A stretch of 64,000 nt of DNA from the NCBI GenBank assembly GCA_964016885.1, contig OZ024743.1:261578001-261642000 (forward strand), given 5' to 3'. A model generated the notes under the pieces. The model did not search any database and was not told where the DNA came from. It worked only from the letters and a program-made list of their open reading frames with translations. This document shows positions 34,111 through 49,249 of the stretch, one piece after another; the first letter of the stretch is position 1; each line of letters starts with the position of its first letter. The position numbers were made by a program, and so were the translations under genes. The stretch comes from Eledone cirrhosa. Taxonomy: Eukaryota.

Positions 34111-37100
34111 GACTTTCGAGGGAGAGGTGTGTGGTGATTGGGGAATCTGGTATAGGAGTGTGTGAGGTGTATGGAAGAGGTGATGGAGGCAGATGTGGTG
34201 TATGCTAGCTAGATGTATGCTTCAACCTGTTTTTATGGGCCGGCAAGTCTTCTGTGTTGCTGCACGAGAGAGAACTCAGTTCTGTGCCATCGCCCCCGAG
34301 AAATGCAATTGTACAAGGTCAGCTTTTATCATATCTCATCCCATGTCTTCCTGGGTCTTCCTACTCCATAGCTTCCATATCACACACACACACACTTTTA
34401 CCATTAACATTTTACGAGGAAACGCACACTACAAAAAAATTGAAACTAAAAAGAAAATTTTGTAAGATGAATGAAATTTTAGAAAAATAAGATAAAAAGG
34501 AAAAATTCCAATTATTTACTTGGAATTCCTTGCTTTTTCTGTTTATAGTGCACATATCTTACATATGTTAAGTTGTTTAGCCTCAGTTCTTAGCCTTGTA
34601 TTATAATTTCATTTATATATAGGATGTATTCTGAGTTCAAATCCCACGAAGGTCAACTTTACCTTTCCTCTTGGGCAAGGCGAGATTAAGTTCTTTTGCG
34701 GACTAAACATTTAAAAGATTATGATGTCCCTCCCCTCGTATATACCCCCCCCCCCCAAAAAAAAAGTGACATATAATTAATTTGAATAAAATGGTGCCCC
34801 CCCCCCCCCCCATTTGATATCTCTAATGGTTAATCCAGTCATGCATTTAGAATTGATAAAATAAAATGCCCAATGAGAGTTAGGTGCCTTACCGATTATA
34901 TCTTCATCATTTTTTCTTAATGCATGTATTATTTTATGAACGTTTTAGAAATAGATTTTCGAAGGTGTATTAAAAAATATATCGCAATTAAGAATTGTTA
35001 GAAATGACATTACGTTTCAGTATAAAATCTGTGACATTATCCTGATTTAAATTATTCATTATCGACATAAAATTGGGCAGTACGATGAAAACATTTCCGA
35101 GTTTAAGTTTAGCCTACTACAAATACAAATTAAAAGTAGGTAGGTATCACTGTGGAGCATGGAAATAGGGGTGACAAGCACAGTTTGACCACCAAAAAAT
35201 CCACTTTTTGCTTCATCAAATTACATCTTTTCCTTGAAAAATTATCATGTAAAAGATCTGGATGTGAACTTCGTTCTCATATACTTTTGATCAAAATCCG
35301 ACACTTACATATTATACCAGAAACCTTCAATCACCTTTGTATTTCCACCCATTTACAACATTTTTATCTGCTGAACGATAACGCTAGTTTTTGTTTAATG
35401 TGCTGGATCACTATAACTCGATTTGTGTTGAAAATAAGATAGTCTTGAATAGGACTTGTTTTGCTTTATTTTGATATAAAAATCAATGGGGTTAGGTCTG
35501 ACAATCGTTATGAAATATATGTGAAAATTTTATTATTAATTTTCACTTAGAAAAGAACGTATTTTCTCCAAGATTTTTATACCACAAGAAAGAAAAATTT
35601 CTCGCAAATTCAACGCGACAATTGCCGATTCTGGTCATGAGCTGGCACAAAAGCACAAAGTCAATAAAAAGGGGAATACCATGGATGTTCGTAACGCATA
35701 ATGATGCTACTTGTTGAATGGCGTATTACCGTGTGGTGAGAGCTGAAACAGAACACGAACCCAAGACTTCAAATATCGAGCCATAATTTCAAGAGATGGA
35801 CGAATTAATTGTTAAGTAAACATATATTTCTACGGAAAACTGTTCCTTGAGCTATATAAAGCCTTCTAGAGCCCAAATTAGCACCGAGAATGTTGTTTAT
35901 TCCTTCTCGTTATTTTGACATGTGGAGAGCGAGGTCAGAATTTTTCTTTTTCTTTGAGAAATATTGGTGAAATTTCGCCAGTAAAAATTATATTGTGGAA
36001 TGAATAATATTTTGTAGACTATTAAAGTCCAATGTGATGTTTTTTTTATCGGATTTTGAATACAATCGGATAATTTGTGGTAGTGTTTACATTTTCATAA
36101 GTAGTGCCGATACGTCCCCGCCTCTCTCTCTTACGAATGAGTTAGTTGGCTTACATGAATTACTTGTTTATAGCTATTTTTAATAGTCTATTGAAATGGT
36201 ATCATGTCGCCAAATCTCGCAATTCATTCAGTTCTATACCTACTACAAATGTGCCCAAAACTCAAGACCCTATGGCTTGTACTTTGGGATTTAGATAGGT
36301 CTGAAAATACGAAAAGCTTATGCAACAAAATAAGCTTTACATAAATATAAAAAAAATTGCCCCCCCCCCCCAAAAAAAAGCAACTGCTATCCCGTGAACA
36401 CTATTAATTCGTGTAATTTGAAGATGATTATCACCTCAAATATGGCTAATTATTCATTTAGGCCTAATTAGGCCAGATTTCGACCAATTCGCTGACCATT
36501 CTAATTGTCATATTTCTAAAATATTCATCCAAATTTAACAAATGAGGTGTCAAAATGTTTCTTTTTGGATGCTCTCCAAGAAAAAGTACAGTAGAAGTTA
36601 GATTTAAATATTGTCAAAAATTCATAGTGATAGCTATTAAAAGTGTACAACAAATGAAAGCATTATCAAACGAAAATATACAATAATGAGTTATACTTCG
36701 GGCACAAAGCCAGTCATTTTAGTGGAGAGGAGAAGTCTATTTTAATCAACCCGAGTACTTGATTGGTACTTTATTTTATCAACTCCTCAACAGGATTTGA
36801 ACACAGAACATAAAGGGCTGTAACTAAATGTTGCAAAGTATTTAAAAAATAATTATTTTTAATTCCAACAACATAATCACATCTACCTTTGAAAATATAT
36901 CACTGCAAAATTTTATTAAAAAAATGTACATGATGAAGAAACATAATTTACTAATCTTTTCATTTTTGAATTTCTGAGTGTGTGCCTGTGTTAGAAACGA
37001 TTCATCTTCTTAAGGATCTGTAACTCCTGATGGAGTCAGTGATATACAGCATTTGTTGGGCATTTTAAACCTGACAGAACTCATTACTTCTCCAAATCTG

Positions 37101-38269
37101 AATACAACCAATTTCTTCCAGAATAAGGAATGAGAGTGATAAACAGAAAGTGGGAAAAAGGTAAAGAGGAAGAATTGGCCCCAGTACTGGACTGATACCT
37201 TTTTTTTATCATCCTCAAAAGGATGAAAAGGAAAGTTGACCATGGCGGAATTTGAACTCAGAGAGCCGGAACGAATTTCACAATTCCAACAACTCTGCTA
37301 ATTCGTTGTCTTAGAAACTATTTCAGGAATTTAAAAGTGCTGCTAATACTTGAATGGTATTTTATCAGTTCCAGAAGGATTGATATAAAGGCAAATTTGA
37401 ACTCGTGATGTAACTAAATAGCTAGACATTTTGTCTGATGTTCTAATGATTCAGCCTATTATCAGGCATTTAAAATAATGTATGACAGCTATGGCCATCC
37501 CCATTTTGCTTTCATTGTATCAATCTGTTCGATGTATATATTTTTTAAAATGGTTATAAGATGTAATTTGAGGGTGATTTACCTGCAATTTTCTTTTTCA
37601 TGTAAAAGGCTCTCTCAGCTCATTGTTATTTAGTTTTAGGTCAACATTGATTCAGGAGACTCATGATCAAAGTATTGAAGTTATGATCATTGTTATCTAA
37701 TGTGCCCTTCCTATTTTTTAAGGCAATATGATATTTTGAGAAATATTTGGCAGCTATTGCTTTCAGGTCAAACGACTATGTAAGTGGATCCCTCTTAAGC
37801 TTATATAATAGTTGTTGTTATTAACTCCTTCTCTGGGTGATTTGGCAGTTATTTTCAACTGGTTGAGAGATCATATAGAGATATATATATCCATGAGATT
37901 TGAAAAGAAAAAGTTTTCATGACATGTATGAAAATCTCAAGGCAAACAAATCTCAGATCCTTTTGATAAAACATTAATTACGTAGTTATTACCCAATATA
38001 ATAATTGACTTCATTCAAATTGCTAATTAATGCATATTAGAAAAAGGCATGCACACCTTAACACCTTATTTTATTTTTATTTTTGTTAAAATTGAAAATT
38101 TATATGAAAATATTGCTTTTTATTCATTGTTTAGTCAGGGAGTGAAATGAAGTGTCCATGACCCTTTTCAGGGCCTCTAAGACTGGGGAAGTACCCTAAA
38201 ACTGGAGAACTGACCTAAATACTTGAAACAGTGGACTCTGCTAAAGGCATCCAAAAGTCAGGTCATGGT

Positions 38270-38460
38270 GGTAAACTGGGCAATAGATTAAGTCTACCAC
38301 TGAAAGATTGGGTGGTGTCAAGGACTGAGTGGTTTTAAACTGGGTGACAGATTAAATTTGCCACCCAAGACACAGGTGGTGATGTTAAACTGGGTGACAG
38401 ATTAAATTTACCACCCAAATACTAGATAGTGGTAGTTAATTAGATAGCAGATTGTCTATC
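38270..38460. repeat. degenerate tandem repeat, about 50 bp
   Basis: Repeated GGTG..TTAAACTGGGTGACAGATTAAATTT.CCACCCAA. Confidence 0.6.
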
Positions 38461-38737
38461 ATTTAAATAGTGCCATTGAAACATAGGGCATAGAAAGTCA
38501 GAATAAATACCACAAGGCATCTTATTGACCTTTCTAACAATTCCACTAATCCATTTCAATGGACTTTATTTATTGACCCTGAAAAGCAAAGTTGATCTCG
38601 GCAGTATTTGAACCTAGATGAAAAACTGCCAGGCATTCTGTCTGATGCTCTAATAACTCTGTATCATCAACATTTTATATCCTGTAGTACTATTCTGTTG
38701 AATGTCTTGTTTTAGTTGCAATCGTAGACATTTATGA

Positions 38738-38975
38738 GGGTGCATGCATGGCCCAATAGTTAAGGTGTTGGGCTCATGGGCATCAGGTCATGAGTTTGAT
38801 TCCCCTACCTTGTGTTGTGTCCGTGAGGAAGGTGCTTCATTTCATGTTGCTCCACTTTACCTACCCAAAAATGAATACCAGTGGCAACAGCTGAGGATTA
38901 GCTCTGCAATTGACTGGTGGCCTGTCCAGGGGGGAAGTTTTGTACTCTGTCACTTAATGTTCATGAATCTGGGAT
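38738..38975 (+). mobile_element. different tRNA-derived SINE
   Basis: TGGCCCAATAGTTAAGG...GAGTTTGATTCCC head; GACTGGTGGCCTGTCCAGGGGG resembles a V-SINE-type central motif. Confidence 0.55.
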
Positions 38976-39158
38976 AAGATCCAGGTTTTGTAAAACCTGT
39001 GCAAAAAATGGATTCTTTCTCTTAGAAAGGCCAAAGTTTTGACAAGTTTTTGATTTATTAAAAAGTTTCATTACTTTTTCTTATTGGAATGAGTAGCATA
39101 ACAAGCTTAAAACATTAAGAGATGTGAGTGAGTATTCCACTGACATGCATATCCTTAA

Positions 39159-39366
39159 CCCTTTAGTATTTAAACCGGCTATATCCGGCCAGAATTCTTT
39201 CACCTCTTTCTGTTCAAACCAGTCAAAACCAGCTGCTCACACTGATGTTAGGATATTGTTCTCAAAATAAATAATATCAAATTATCATAGATTCGATATT
39301 ATGTGAGGTAAAGTGTTTACTGTGAAAATAGAATAGTAAATATAGAGTAGTGTAAATGTTAAAGGG
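39159..39366. mobile_element. intact piggyBac-like MITE
   Basis: TTAA|CCCTTTAG...TTAAAGGG|TTAA. Confidence 0.88.
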
Positions 39367-39659
39367 TTAATGTAATTCTCCAGTAGTATCAGCATGATAA
39401 AATATGTAGCTAGACTGATCCTTTTGAATTACAAGTACAGTCCATCCAACGGGCTTCCAGACTTTCCATTTATCTGTTTTCACTCATAAGACTTGTCTTC
39501 ATCTGAGGCTATGCACTGGCATTGAACCTTGTACCCAATGATTATGATGCAACATTTTTAACCACTTAACAACCCTTGTTGTACTGAAATAACTGCCAGA
39601 TACAAATATATTTTGCACCTAAATACCCATTCAAGTACAGGTATTTTGTAAACAATATA

Positions 39660-39726
<67 letters not shown>

Positions 39727-39902
39727 TGATATATAAACAAAGATAGCCGTCTTTGTTTATATAACATTCTGAATGAGTTGGGATGTATAACCCAACAAAA
39801 CTTAAGTACCTGTATATGTCACTGTTGTAACTAATTATACTTAACTTGTCCTATGGACTGAATGCTCTTACCTTTGGATATTTCTACCAAACTTGTACTG
39901 CA

Positions 39903-39952
<50 letters not shown>

Positions 39953-40139
39953 CACTTTATCACTATATCACTGTCTACTGTAGTTATTTCATTTAATTAG
40001 TGCAAAATTACTCTGTATGTGTGTGTTTGTACACTTGTGTACATGTGTGTGCATGGGATCCTTTTGTTTCTGTATTTGAATGGGTCTTATAATAATTTGT
40101 GCATTGAGAGTGTGTATCTAATCGTATGGACTTTGATGC

Positions 40140-40515
40140 CATTACCATCATATGTTTATTTTCCATGCTTGTTTGGGTTAGATTTTCACATACTAAGAGT
40201 AGACTGGTCAGGTGACCATGTTTTGTTCATACTTTCTGTTTTTGGCCTGATTTCTATGACTAGATACCCTTCTTAATGCCAACTACTTTACAGCATGTAC
40301 TGGGGACATTTCATTATGAATCTGGCACTACCACTTTACAGGGTGGGCTGGGTGCTTTAATATTATCGCAGCAGCATTACCACCTAACATGGTGTGCTGG
40401 GTGCTTTTTTGTTGTGGCACCAATACTGCCACATTACAAGATGGACTGGGTGTTTTTTTTTTTTTGTCATGGCACCAGTACTACCACCTTACAGAGTGCA
40501 CTGGGTGTATTTTGG
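40140..40515 (-). repeat. RTE-3'UTR-derived element with tandem array (about 43 bp)
   Basis: Repeated TGGCACCA.TAC.ACCAC.TTACA...G.CTGGGTG. Confidence 0.65.
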
Positions 40516-40956
40516 AATTTCTTTTTTGGGGCTTAAGAACACTGTGTGAATTTTCTTTTTACCATTCTATTCAGGGAGGGATAGCCAATACCCATGACTT
40601 TCTTTCAAGGCTCTCTGTGAGAGCAGAGTAGAAAGGAAGTTTTCCTTGACTGAGAAATCTGACCTACAGAGTGACTGCAGCTAAAGCAAAGGCACGGGTA
40701 GTGGTTTCAAATCAGGCAAAGGATTAAGTCTAACACCCAGGAACTCAGAACACAATGAACACCAGGAACTCAGAACACAAGGTTTCTTGTTTGACATTTT
40801 CATGATTCCATCATTCTGTTGTCTTGGACTGGTACTTTATTTCATTGACCACTGACAGGATGAAAAGCAAACTTGACATCAGCAGGATTTGAACTCAGTG
40901 CAGAGAGGTGGAATGATTACCACAAAGCATTCTATTCAACATTCTAATAACTCACA

Positions 40957-40989
<33 letters not shown>

Positions 40990-43671
40990 GTACATAAGGT
41001 ATGTGTGTGTGTGTTGGGAGGACTCTTTAGCTGTCAATGACATGCAACCTCCCTGGTGCTGGTGCTATGATAAAATACACTTGGTAGAGTATGGGGCTGT
41101 ATATAAGCAAGTTAAAACAGATGTGTGTGTGTTTGTATACACAAATATTTACATAAACTTATTTCACTTAATGAAGGAGCCTCTACATAGACACTTGACC
41201 TACTGAAAGTAGCTGTGAAGTTTTCCTCAAATCATGCGCTTAAGAGTAATGAGATATTTAAGATTACATTAGATAATGTAGTCAGTACATGAGAAAACAA
41301 ATAAAAGATGGTCATTACTGGATGGCTTTTTAACCATAGGATTGTTCAACCAGAACCAGCCTATAATGCTGCTAAAAGTAAGTGCACATTCGATAATGTA
41401 GTCCGAAATATCTAAATAAAAGATGGACTGGTCATGGCTGAACCATCTTTTATTAGAAGGTTGACTGAAGGTCTTCATCAAAACATGTCTGAGGACATGG
41501 TGGTGGTGATGTAGACAGAAAGTGTGTATTTACAAAACCATAATGTTTAGTATTAGGTGATGTTTCAACCATTCTCACTCAATTTTTTGTATATCGGGGA
41601 CTATATTATTCAGTGTGTCCAGGCTTTCAAAAGGTAAGTTGTAATGTTGAGGGAATTTGACTGCTATTTCTTATAAGTTGAGTGACTGCATTGAGCAGTG
41701 GTTCCTAAACTTATTTCCTTGTAAAACCTTTCTACAATTTTCCAAATATAACAGAACCCATACTTAGTTTTTACAGTCAATTATCACCATCTTAATTTTA
41801 ATAAGACATCACTCTTTGGTTCCTGTATTTCTAATAAAAAATGCTGCCTATAATTTTCAAAATTAATTTAAAAACTAATGATTTTGGCAGGATTTAGGAA
41901 TATAACTAACTTTTTCATGATTAAGCTGGTGTTTGGAACATAGCTTTACAAAGGTTCTTACATAAAATTATGATGGAAGGTTTTAATTTAAATATGAACA
42001 CTTAAATAAATAGCTTTGTATCATAGAACCAGGGTGGTTTATGGCAGGTTGGTATCAAAAGTGTTAAATGAAATATAAATGAAATAAAATTGTTTTAGAG
42101 AAATCTCTCTCTCACAATACATTTTTATTAAATTTTATTAAAAGCTTTTATCTAGTTGAACCTCATACTTTTTTCAGAACAGTCAGGTTCTTTGGAATCT
42201 ACTTTGGGAAGCAGAGGCATAAAATCAACCTTGTTTATGATGTAAAGATTAACTGTAGTTTCTCGTCAGAGGTGTTTCATCTGTGGGTGTGTTATTGATG
42301 GTGGTGTGATGTCTTCATAATGATTGCTATTTTACTTCAAGGAAGGGTATATTAAAGATTTACTCTTATAGTTTAAAATAAGAGAAAATAGGAAGAAAAA
42401 AAAAATGCCCTAAAACATTTGTTTACGAAGATTTTTGATAGCTTACACTTACCACACCCTTCTTTATGGTCTCTATCCAGTTCTTATGTAAGATAAATTG
42501 ATTCTTTTTAAAAATAATTTTATTTACCATACCTCATTCTTACAAAGGTTAAATGGCTCAAATATACCACCTGTCTTTTAATAGAATGATAAAATAAAAA
42601 AAAAGGTATTTGCCATTCCCAGATTCTGTGGCCAGTTATTTAGATATGTTACTTTATTTACCATTCTCTATCAGCAAATTTGCTGAAGTGTTAGAGTGGT
42701 GGAATTTTGTGGTATTTATTTCGGCTCTCTTGTGTTCTGACTTCAAATCTCACTGAGGTCAACTTTGACTTTTGTTCTAACGGAATCCATAAATAAAGTA
42801 CTAGTTTAGGGCGATGAACTGGCTGGCTAAATTGTTAGATAGTTGAATATGATGCCTTGTGGTATTTGTTCTAGTTCTTGGTATTTGGAGTTGATATTCG
42901 ACAGTGGCGTAACAGGGTACTATGCAAGGGATTGGAGGCACTCCATGTACTGACATTCATATACACATTTATGCACTCTCGGTTACCTCTATACAGATAT
43001 TTGATTGTATATTTCAGCTGTTTAGTGCACAACTTACTTTATAATGTATATACTCGAATATAAGTTGACTGCACTATGTCTGAGAAATGGGCAAAAATTC
43101 AAACCTTATTTTTGTAGAATTTGAAGTTGGTGAAAATTGTCAAAATATTGACCGAGAATATAAGGTGACTCCCCTTCTACCATCAATGTTTTCTTCTTTT
43201 CTTTTTGTCACATATACCTTGGCTTATATAAATATAAATTTTCTGTTACAACCCTACCCAACAATAATAATAGTATGATATACTATATGATGCACAGATA
43301 AACAGAAGCAGTTCAAAGCCAGCCAGCTAGGGCCCTCCAATTACTATATGAACTGTGCATCTAAATATGCATAGAGCTCTATCCTGATCTGTGGTCTTCT
43401 TAGTCTCCATACCATTAACACTTCAGATATATAAATATGGGTTTCTTAATTCAAATATTCATACTATCATTACTATTGAACAAATCATTGTGAAATTTTG
43501 CTATATTAAGGACTTTAATTTTTAATGTAATACAGTCATGACACTTATACATAATGAGGATTATGGCTGATTCTAAATGGTTAAGTTAGTATGAACATAT
43601 TTCAATGCAGCTAGCATTACAAAAAAAACTAAGAAGTAATTATGTAGTGATAAAAAAACAATATTAATCAA

Positions 43672-44310
43672 TCATCATCATTTAACATCCATTTTCCACG
43701 CATGTGTTAGGATTGTCCTGTTATGAGACAAGTCAGGTTCAGCGACCATGTTGTGCTCATACGGATTTGTATTTTGGCTCAGTTTCTATGGCTGGAAACC
43801 CTTCCTAACACCAAGCACATTACAATATGGACTGGGTGCTTTTTATCATGGCTCCAAAATGACCACCTTATGGGTTGAACTGGGTGCTTTTTGTCATGTC
43901 ACAGCAATCTCTTCTGTTCACTGCATCTAACCCCTCGTATGTCTAGTTTCTCTCTCTCTGTTCACTGATGCTTTGTTGTTCATGCACTCTATTACACATC
44001 CATCAGATGTGTAATAGTAGAGTGCTTCATTTCTTTCTAATTTTCATAGTTCCTCAGCACATATTTCCCAGAGTTTCACTCCCATGCAGCATTGCTGTTC
44101 ATACACAAGCTTCATACAATCTGCCTTTCATTTTGACAAAAAAACCTTTTGTAGCTAGTTGCAGTAGTAGCTCCCTGAATGTTTTTCATCCCATTCTCAC
44201 TCTGGCCACTATAATTTTAGAACACCCACCTCCACTGCTAATTTGGTATCCTAGGTAACAGAAACTATTGACTACTTCTATGGAGCCATCTGGATATTTA
44301 AAGGAGCTTG
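43672..44310 (-). mobile_element. old RTE 3' fragment (ORF end plus 3' UTR)
   Basis: Antisense of YLG..ISSGGGCS..RMGWK.FRELL..GRLYEAC; (ATC)n tail. Confidence 0.8.
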
Positions 44311-44571
44311 TATATTATTTTAATTATTTTGGCAAGTATGAGAGACAACTCCAGACATATTTCAATCTTATGATTCCTTCATCAGTGAAACTAACTTCAT
44401 TGTACCTGCCAAAGTATAGTGCATATATTACTCTGGTTGGTGTAGAAAAATATTGTTTCAAGAATAAATAAATCAGACACCTGCAAGATATTTAATATAT
44501 TTAAAACTGGGAGTGTTAAAATCAGTGATTATTTTGTGTTGTTGACTCCTAATTTTATGCTGCAAGTTTAC

Positions 44572-45008
44572 ATTGTGCCAAAAGTAGAAACCATTATAAG
44601 GGCGGTGGATTGGCAGTATCGGTAGAAGGTTGGACGCCATGCTTTCTAGCATAGTTACGTCCCTTTACAGTCTGAGTTCAAATCCCGCCGAGGTTAACTT
44701 TGCCTTTCATCCTTACGGGGTCGATAAAATAAAGTACCAGTAATGTACTGGGTAATTGCTGGCCTTGTGCCTAAAGTAGAAACGATTATAAGGGCGGTGG
44801 ATTGGCAGTATTGGTAGAGCGTCGGACAACATGCTTCGGGGCATAGTTACGGCCCTTTACATTCTGTACAAATTCTGCCGAGGTTAGCTTTGCCTTTCAT
44901 CCTTACAGGGTCGATGAAATAAGGCACTGGTAATGCACCGGGGCTGATTTAATCAATTTTCCCCTCCTCTAAAATTGTTGATCTTGTGCCTAAATCAGAA
45001 ACCATTAT
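44572..45008 (+). mobile_element. head-to-tail SINE array (tail + full SINE 44600-44790 + full SINE 44792-45008)
   Basis: AGAAAC.ATTATAAG|GGCGGTGG junction occurs twice. Confidence 0.9.
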
Positions 45009-46261
45009 AAGAATCTCTGTAATCATTGCCATCAACTTTTGCTACCATCGCCATATCACTCTTGGTTGCCTTTAGCAGGATCCACTCTGTTACAAGCATT
45101 GGGGAGGTGTGGGTGGTGGCAGGTTTTTGGTTTGGGAATATCTTCCTTTGCGCAGTTCATCAGTCTTCTCCCATGACCCCTCTCTCAAGACCCAGTAAAA
45201 GATTATGAGCAATGCTCTTCCCAAAAGAAAGCTATTAGAAGTCATTTAGATTGGCAGACTCGATAGGTTGATAGATACATCTTGAGGACAGAATACTTCA
45301 TGGTATGGTACCTGTTTAGGATTTTTATGTTCTGAATTCAAATCCCACCTGGGTCAGCTTTGCGTTTCATCTTTCTATGATCGGTAACATGGAGTACAAG
45401 TAAAGGTAGTGGGGGAGGGGTAGTCTCTACGATTACTCCTCCAACCTTCCTTCCTGAGATTGCTGGCCTTGTTCCTAACTTAGAAACCCTTATATTGTCA
45501 AAATACAATGAGACTGGGTGGATGAATGGGTGAGTGGGAAGGTGGGTTTGGAAATACAAAAAACAATAAGTAGAAATATTCAAATTGTAACCTTCTTGTC
45601 TATATATGGAGAAGATGGAAAATAAACAAAAATATATTTTTAAAATTATACGCAAATAATCAAAAGCAATATCAGTTTGTTTTAGTTATGTTTTTGTTTT
45701 TATTGTCCATGTGAACACTTGCAGCCCTAATCTAGTTTTTTTGCCCTGTTTTTTAGATGCTAGATGTTTATAAGATTGTATTTATCTTGTCTTTTACTAT
45801 TTCCTGCCATACAACAACTGCCAGACTTTGTTAATTCCTGTGTCTGTAGTTTGTAAAAACCCTGATAAAAACTACTGCTGGTACCACCACCTCTACCCCC
45901 TCCCCACATCACCACTGCTGTAGCTACCACCTCTACCTCACCCACACATCACCACTGCTGTAGCTACCACCTCTACCCCCCATCACCACTGCTGTAGCTA
46001 CCACACACTACAGCTCTATTTCTCTCTCTTCCTCTATACATCTATCTCCTCACCTCACCATAGGCTATCTCTCTCTCCCTAACCCCCTCCTCACACCACA
46101 GGCTCCCCCCCCCCTTCACCAAAGCCCCCCCCCCTCACAGACTATCTCTCTCTCTCTCTCTTACTGCAGGCTATCTCTTCTCTCTACTCCCTTCACCACT
46201 GGCTATCTCTCTACCCCACTCTTACCACAAGTTATCTCTCTACCCACACCCTGACAGGCTA

Positions 46262-47345
46262 GGTCTCACCACAGACTATCTATCTCACCCCTCTCACCAC
46301 AGACTATCTATCTCACTCCTCTCACCACAGACTATCTATCTCACTCCTCTCACCACAGACTATCTCACTCCTCTCACCACAGACTATCTATCTCACTCCT
46401 CTCACCACAGACTATCTATCTCACCCCCTCTCACCACAGGCTATCTATCTCACCCCTTCTCACCACAGGCTATCTATCTCACCCCTTCTCACCACAGGCT
46501 ATCTATCTCACCCCTTCTCACCACAGGCTATCTATCTCACCCCCTCTCACCACAGGCTATCTATCTCACCCCCTCTCACCACAGGCTATCTATCTCACCC
46601 CCTCTCACCACAGGCTATCTATCTCACCCCCTCTCACCACAGGCTATCTATCTCACCCCCTCTCACCACAGGCTATCTATCTCACCCCTTCTCACCACAG
46701 GCTATCTATCTCACCCCCTCTCACCACAAGCTATCTATCTCACCCCCTCTCACCACAAGCTATCTATCTCACCCCCTCTCACCACAAGCTATCTATCTCA
46801 CCCCCTCTCACCACAGGCTATCTATCTCACCCCCTCTCACCACAGGCTATCGCACCCCCTCTCACCATCTCACCACAGGCTATCTATCTCACCCCTCTCA
46901 CCACAGGCTATCTATGTCACCCCATCTCACCACAGGCTATCTATCTCACCCCTCTCACCACAGGCTATCTATGTCACCCCATCTCACCACAGGCTATCTA
47001 TCTCACCCCTTCTCACCATCTCACCACAGGCTATCCATCTCATCCCCTCACCATCTCATCCCCTCACCATATCACCCCCTCACCATCTCACCCCTCTCAC
47101 CATCTCACTACAGGCTATCTATCTCATCCCTCTCACCACAGGCTATCTATCTCACCCCCTCTCACCACAGACTATCTATCTCACCCCTCTCACCACAGAC
47201 TATCTATCTCACCCCTCTCACCACAGGCTATCTATCTCACCCCCTCTCACCACAGGCTATCTATCTCACCATCTCACCACAAGCTATCTATCTCACTCCA
47301 TCTCACCCCTCTCACCACAGGCTATCTATCTTACCCCCTCTCACT
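46262..47345. repeat. minisatellite, 28-29 bp unit
   Basis: (CTCTCACCACAGGCTATCTATCTCACCCC)n, about 35 units, degenerate flanks. Confidence 0.97.
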
Positions 47346-48569
47346 ACCTCTTAGGTACAAGCCCTTATCTTTTATTTTACATAAGGCTTACATAGAGAGG
47401 TATCTTAATAGAATTTATGATAGTTTTCCTTGTTTCTAATAAAATGGCCTTATTTCTAATAAAATACATGTATATATTAATTACTGTATATACTTGTATA
47501 TAAGCTGAGAAATTTGATTGTAAAATGGGCATCTGGAGTGACTATTTTACAATGAAACACTGATTGTCTACATTTACTTTGTTGTCATGAGTGTTGTTTA
47601 TGCATTCCCTCGAGAACATTCCCAACAAATCTTTATAATTTGAATTTTTTAAGACAAATATTCCCTGCACACATATGAATGCACCTGTGTGCCGACTGTT
47701 TTTCTCTGTGACTTATACTTTTACTTTCAATCTTACTTCTGTCTTGTATTTTATTGCTCCCATTCTCTTTCCCTTCTCTCGCTCTCACTTACTCTCTCTC
47801 CTTAGTCAATTTTTTTCTTTCAACTATTACCTATTTATATGAGCATAGTTTCAATCACCCCTAGTATTTTTAATGATCTCCATAATGTTTAAGGAAAAAA
47901 AGTTTTTAAAAGTAATATCTTAAACTCAAAATGGGGTAAAAGGGTAGACTAATATATCAATTAATAATTTGACTGATTATTAAATTTTAACCAGCTTATA
48001 TGGTTTTAAAAAATTCGAACTGAGTGTACTAAAGAAAAAAATTTTTTTTCCCCAAATTATACCAGTGTTTAATATTAAACTTTTTAGCTAACTGAATGAG
48101 GTGGCATGCTGGCGCGAAATGTGTATAATTGTAAAAATCTTCCTAAAGCTTTAATACTTGCATGACGTTAAATTGTTTCCAAATTTTTTAAAATTTGAAC
48201 AGTTTCATACAAAAATATGTGCACATAGGTTTTTCTGACTTAATATTTTTTCTTTCAATCCTATGTAAGATTGAAATCTTACTTCTGATTTTATTTTATT
48301 GCTCTCGTTCTTGCCCTCGCTTTTTTTCCACCTCCTCTCTCTCCCTCCTACTACATGAATCCCCACACAAAGGTTTCTTATTCGATCTCTTGCTTTCATA
48401 GTACTCCTAGCATGTGAGTGGCTGGAAGTAAACTTGTTGAAACTTAATGTAATGGAAACTCATTACGTAATGAAGATGTGAAACAAAAGCTATACTCTAA
48501 ATGTCACTTAAAAGATTTTAAACATCAATATATTAAAACTTCATAAATATATTTTGTGAAATATACTCA

Positions 48570-48875
48570 GCACTCTTTCATTACCATATTTTTAATGAAA
48601 GACATTGCCTATGATTCTCAAATAATTTTGAAAATAATCAAGAATTTTTAGTGATTTAATAAAATAACTTTTTTTCATTTTAAAGCTAGTGTTTCGAGCA
48701 TAGCAACATTTTTTTTTTTACATAAAAGTTACAATAGAAGGTTTATATTTTAAGCACTAAACTGCTTTGTAGAAAGTAGTGTTATTTGAAGTTACGACAA
48801 TGTAAAATGGACAGTAATTACTTTGAATCATAGAACCAGGGGTGATTTCAGGTGGTTTGGCATCGGAAGGATTAA
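48570..48875. mobile_element. second TTAA-ended MITE family (old copy)
   Basis: Similar to 41810-42068 and, inverted, to about 61000-61257, which ends AAAAGGG|TTAA. Confidence 0.55.
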
Positions 48876-49249
48876 ACACCTGTAGATATTTTACAGCAAA
48901 AATAACTTTTCAGCACAAAGATATTTTAAGAGAGGGTCTAAGACAATAATGAGAAAAGAGGACCTTCTGTACATGTTGAGTATCTGTGAACAAACAATAT
49001 AGGGCAGAGCAGACTCTATAATTTGCTTGAAAATATGACAGCCTTTCTAGTGCTGATGTCATAATAAAATGCACCCAGTACACTCTGTAAATTGGTAGTG
49101 CTGGGGCCATGAAAGAATGAATCCTATCCACTCTGTAATGTGGTAGTACTGGTGCAACAAATACACCCAGTAAACTATGTAAGGTGGTTGGCATTATAAA
49201 GGGTATCCAGTTATAGAAACTATGCCAAATATCTTTTGTATCATAACAT

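Noticed and set aside
46914-47354. 146-aa repetitive ORF
   Set aside because: Translation of the 29-bp minisatellite
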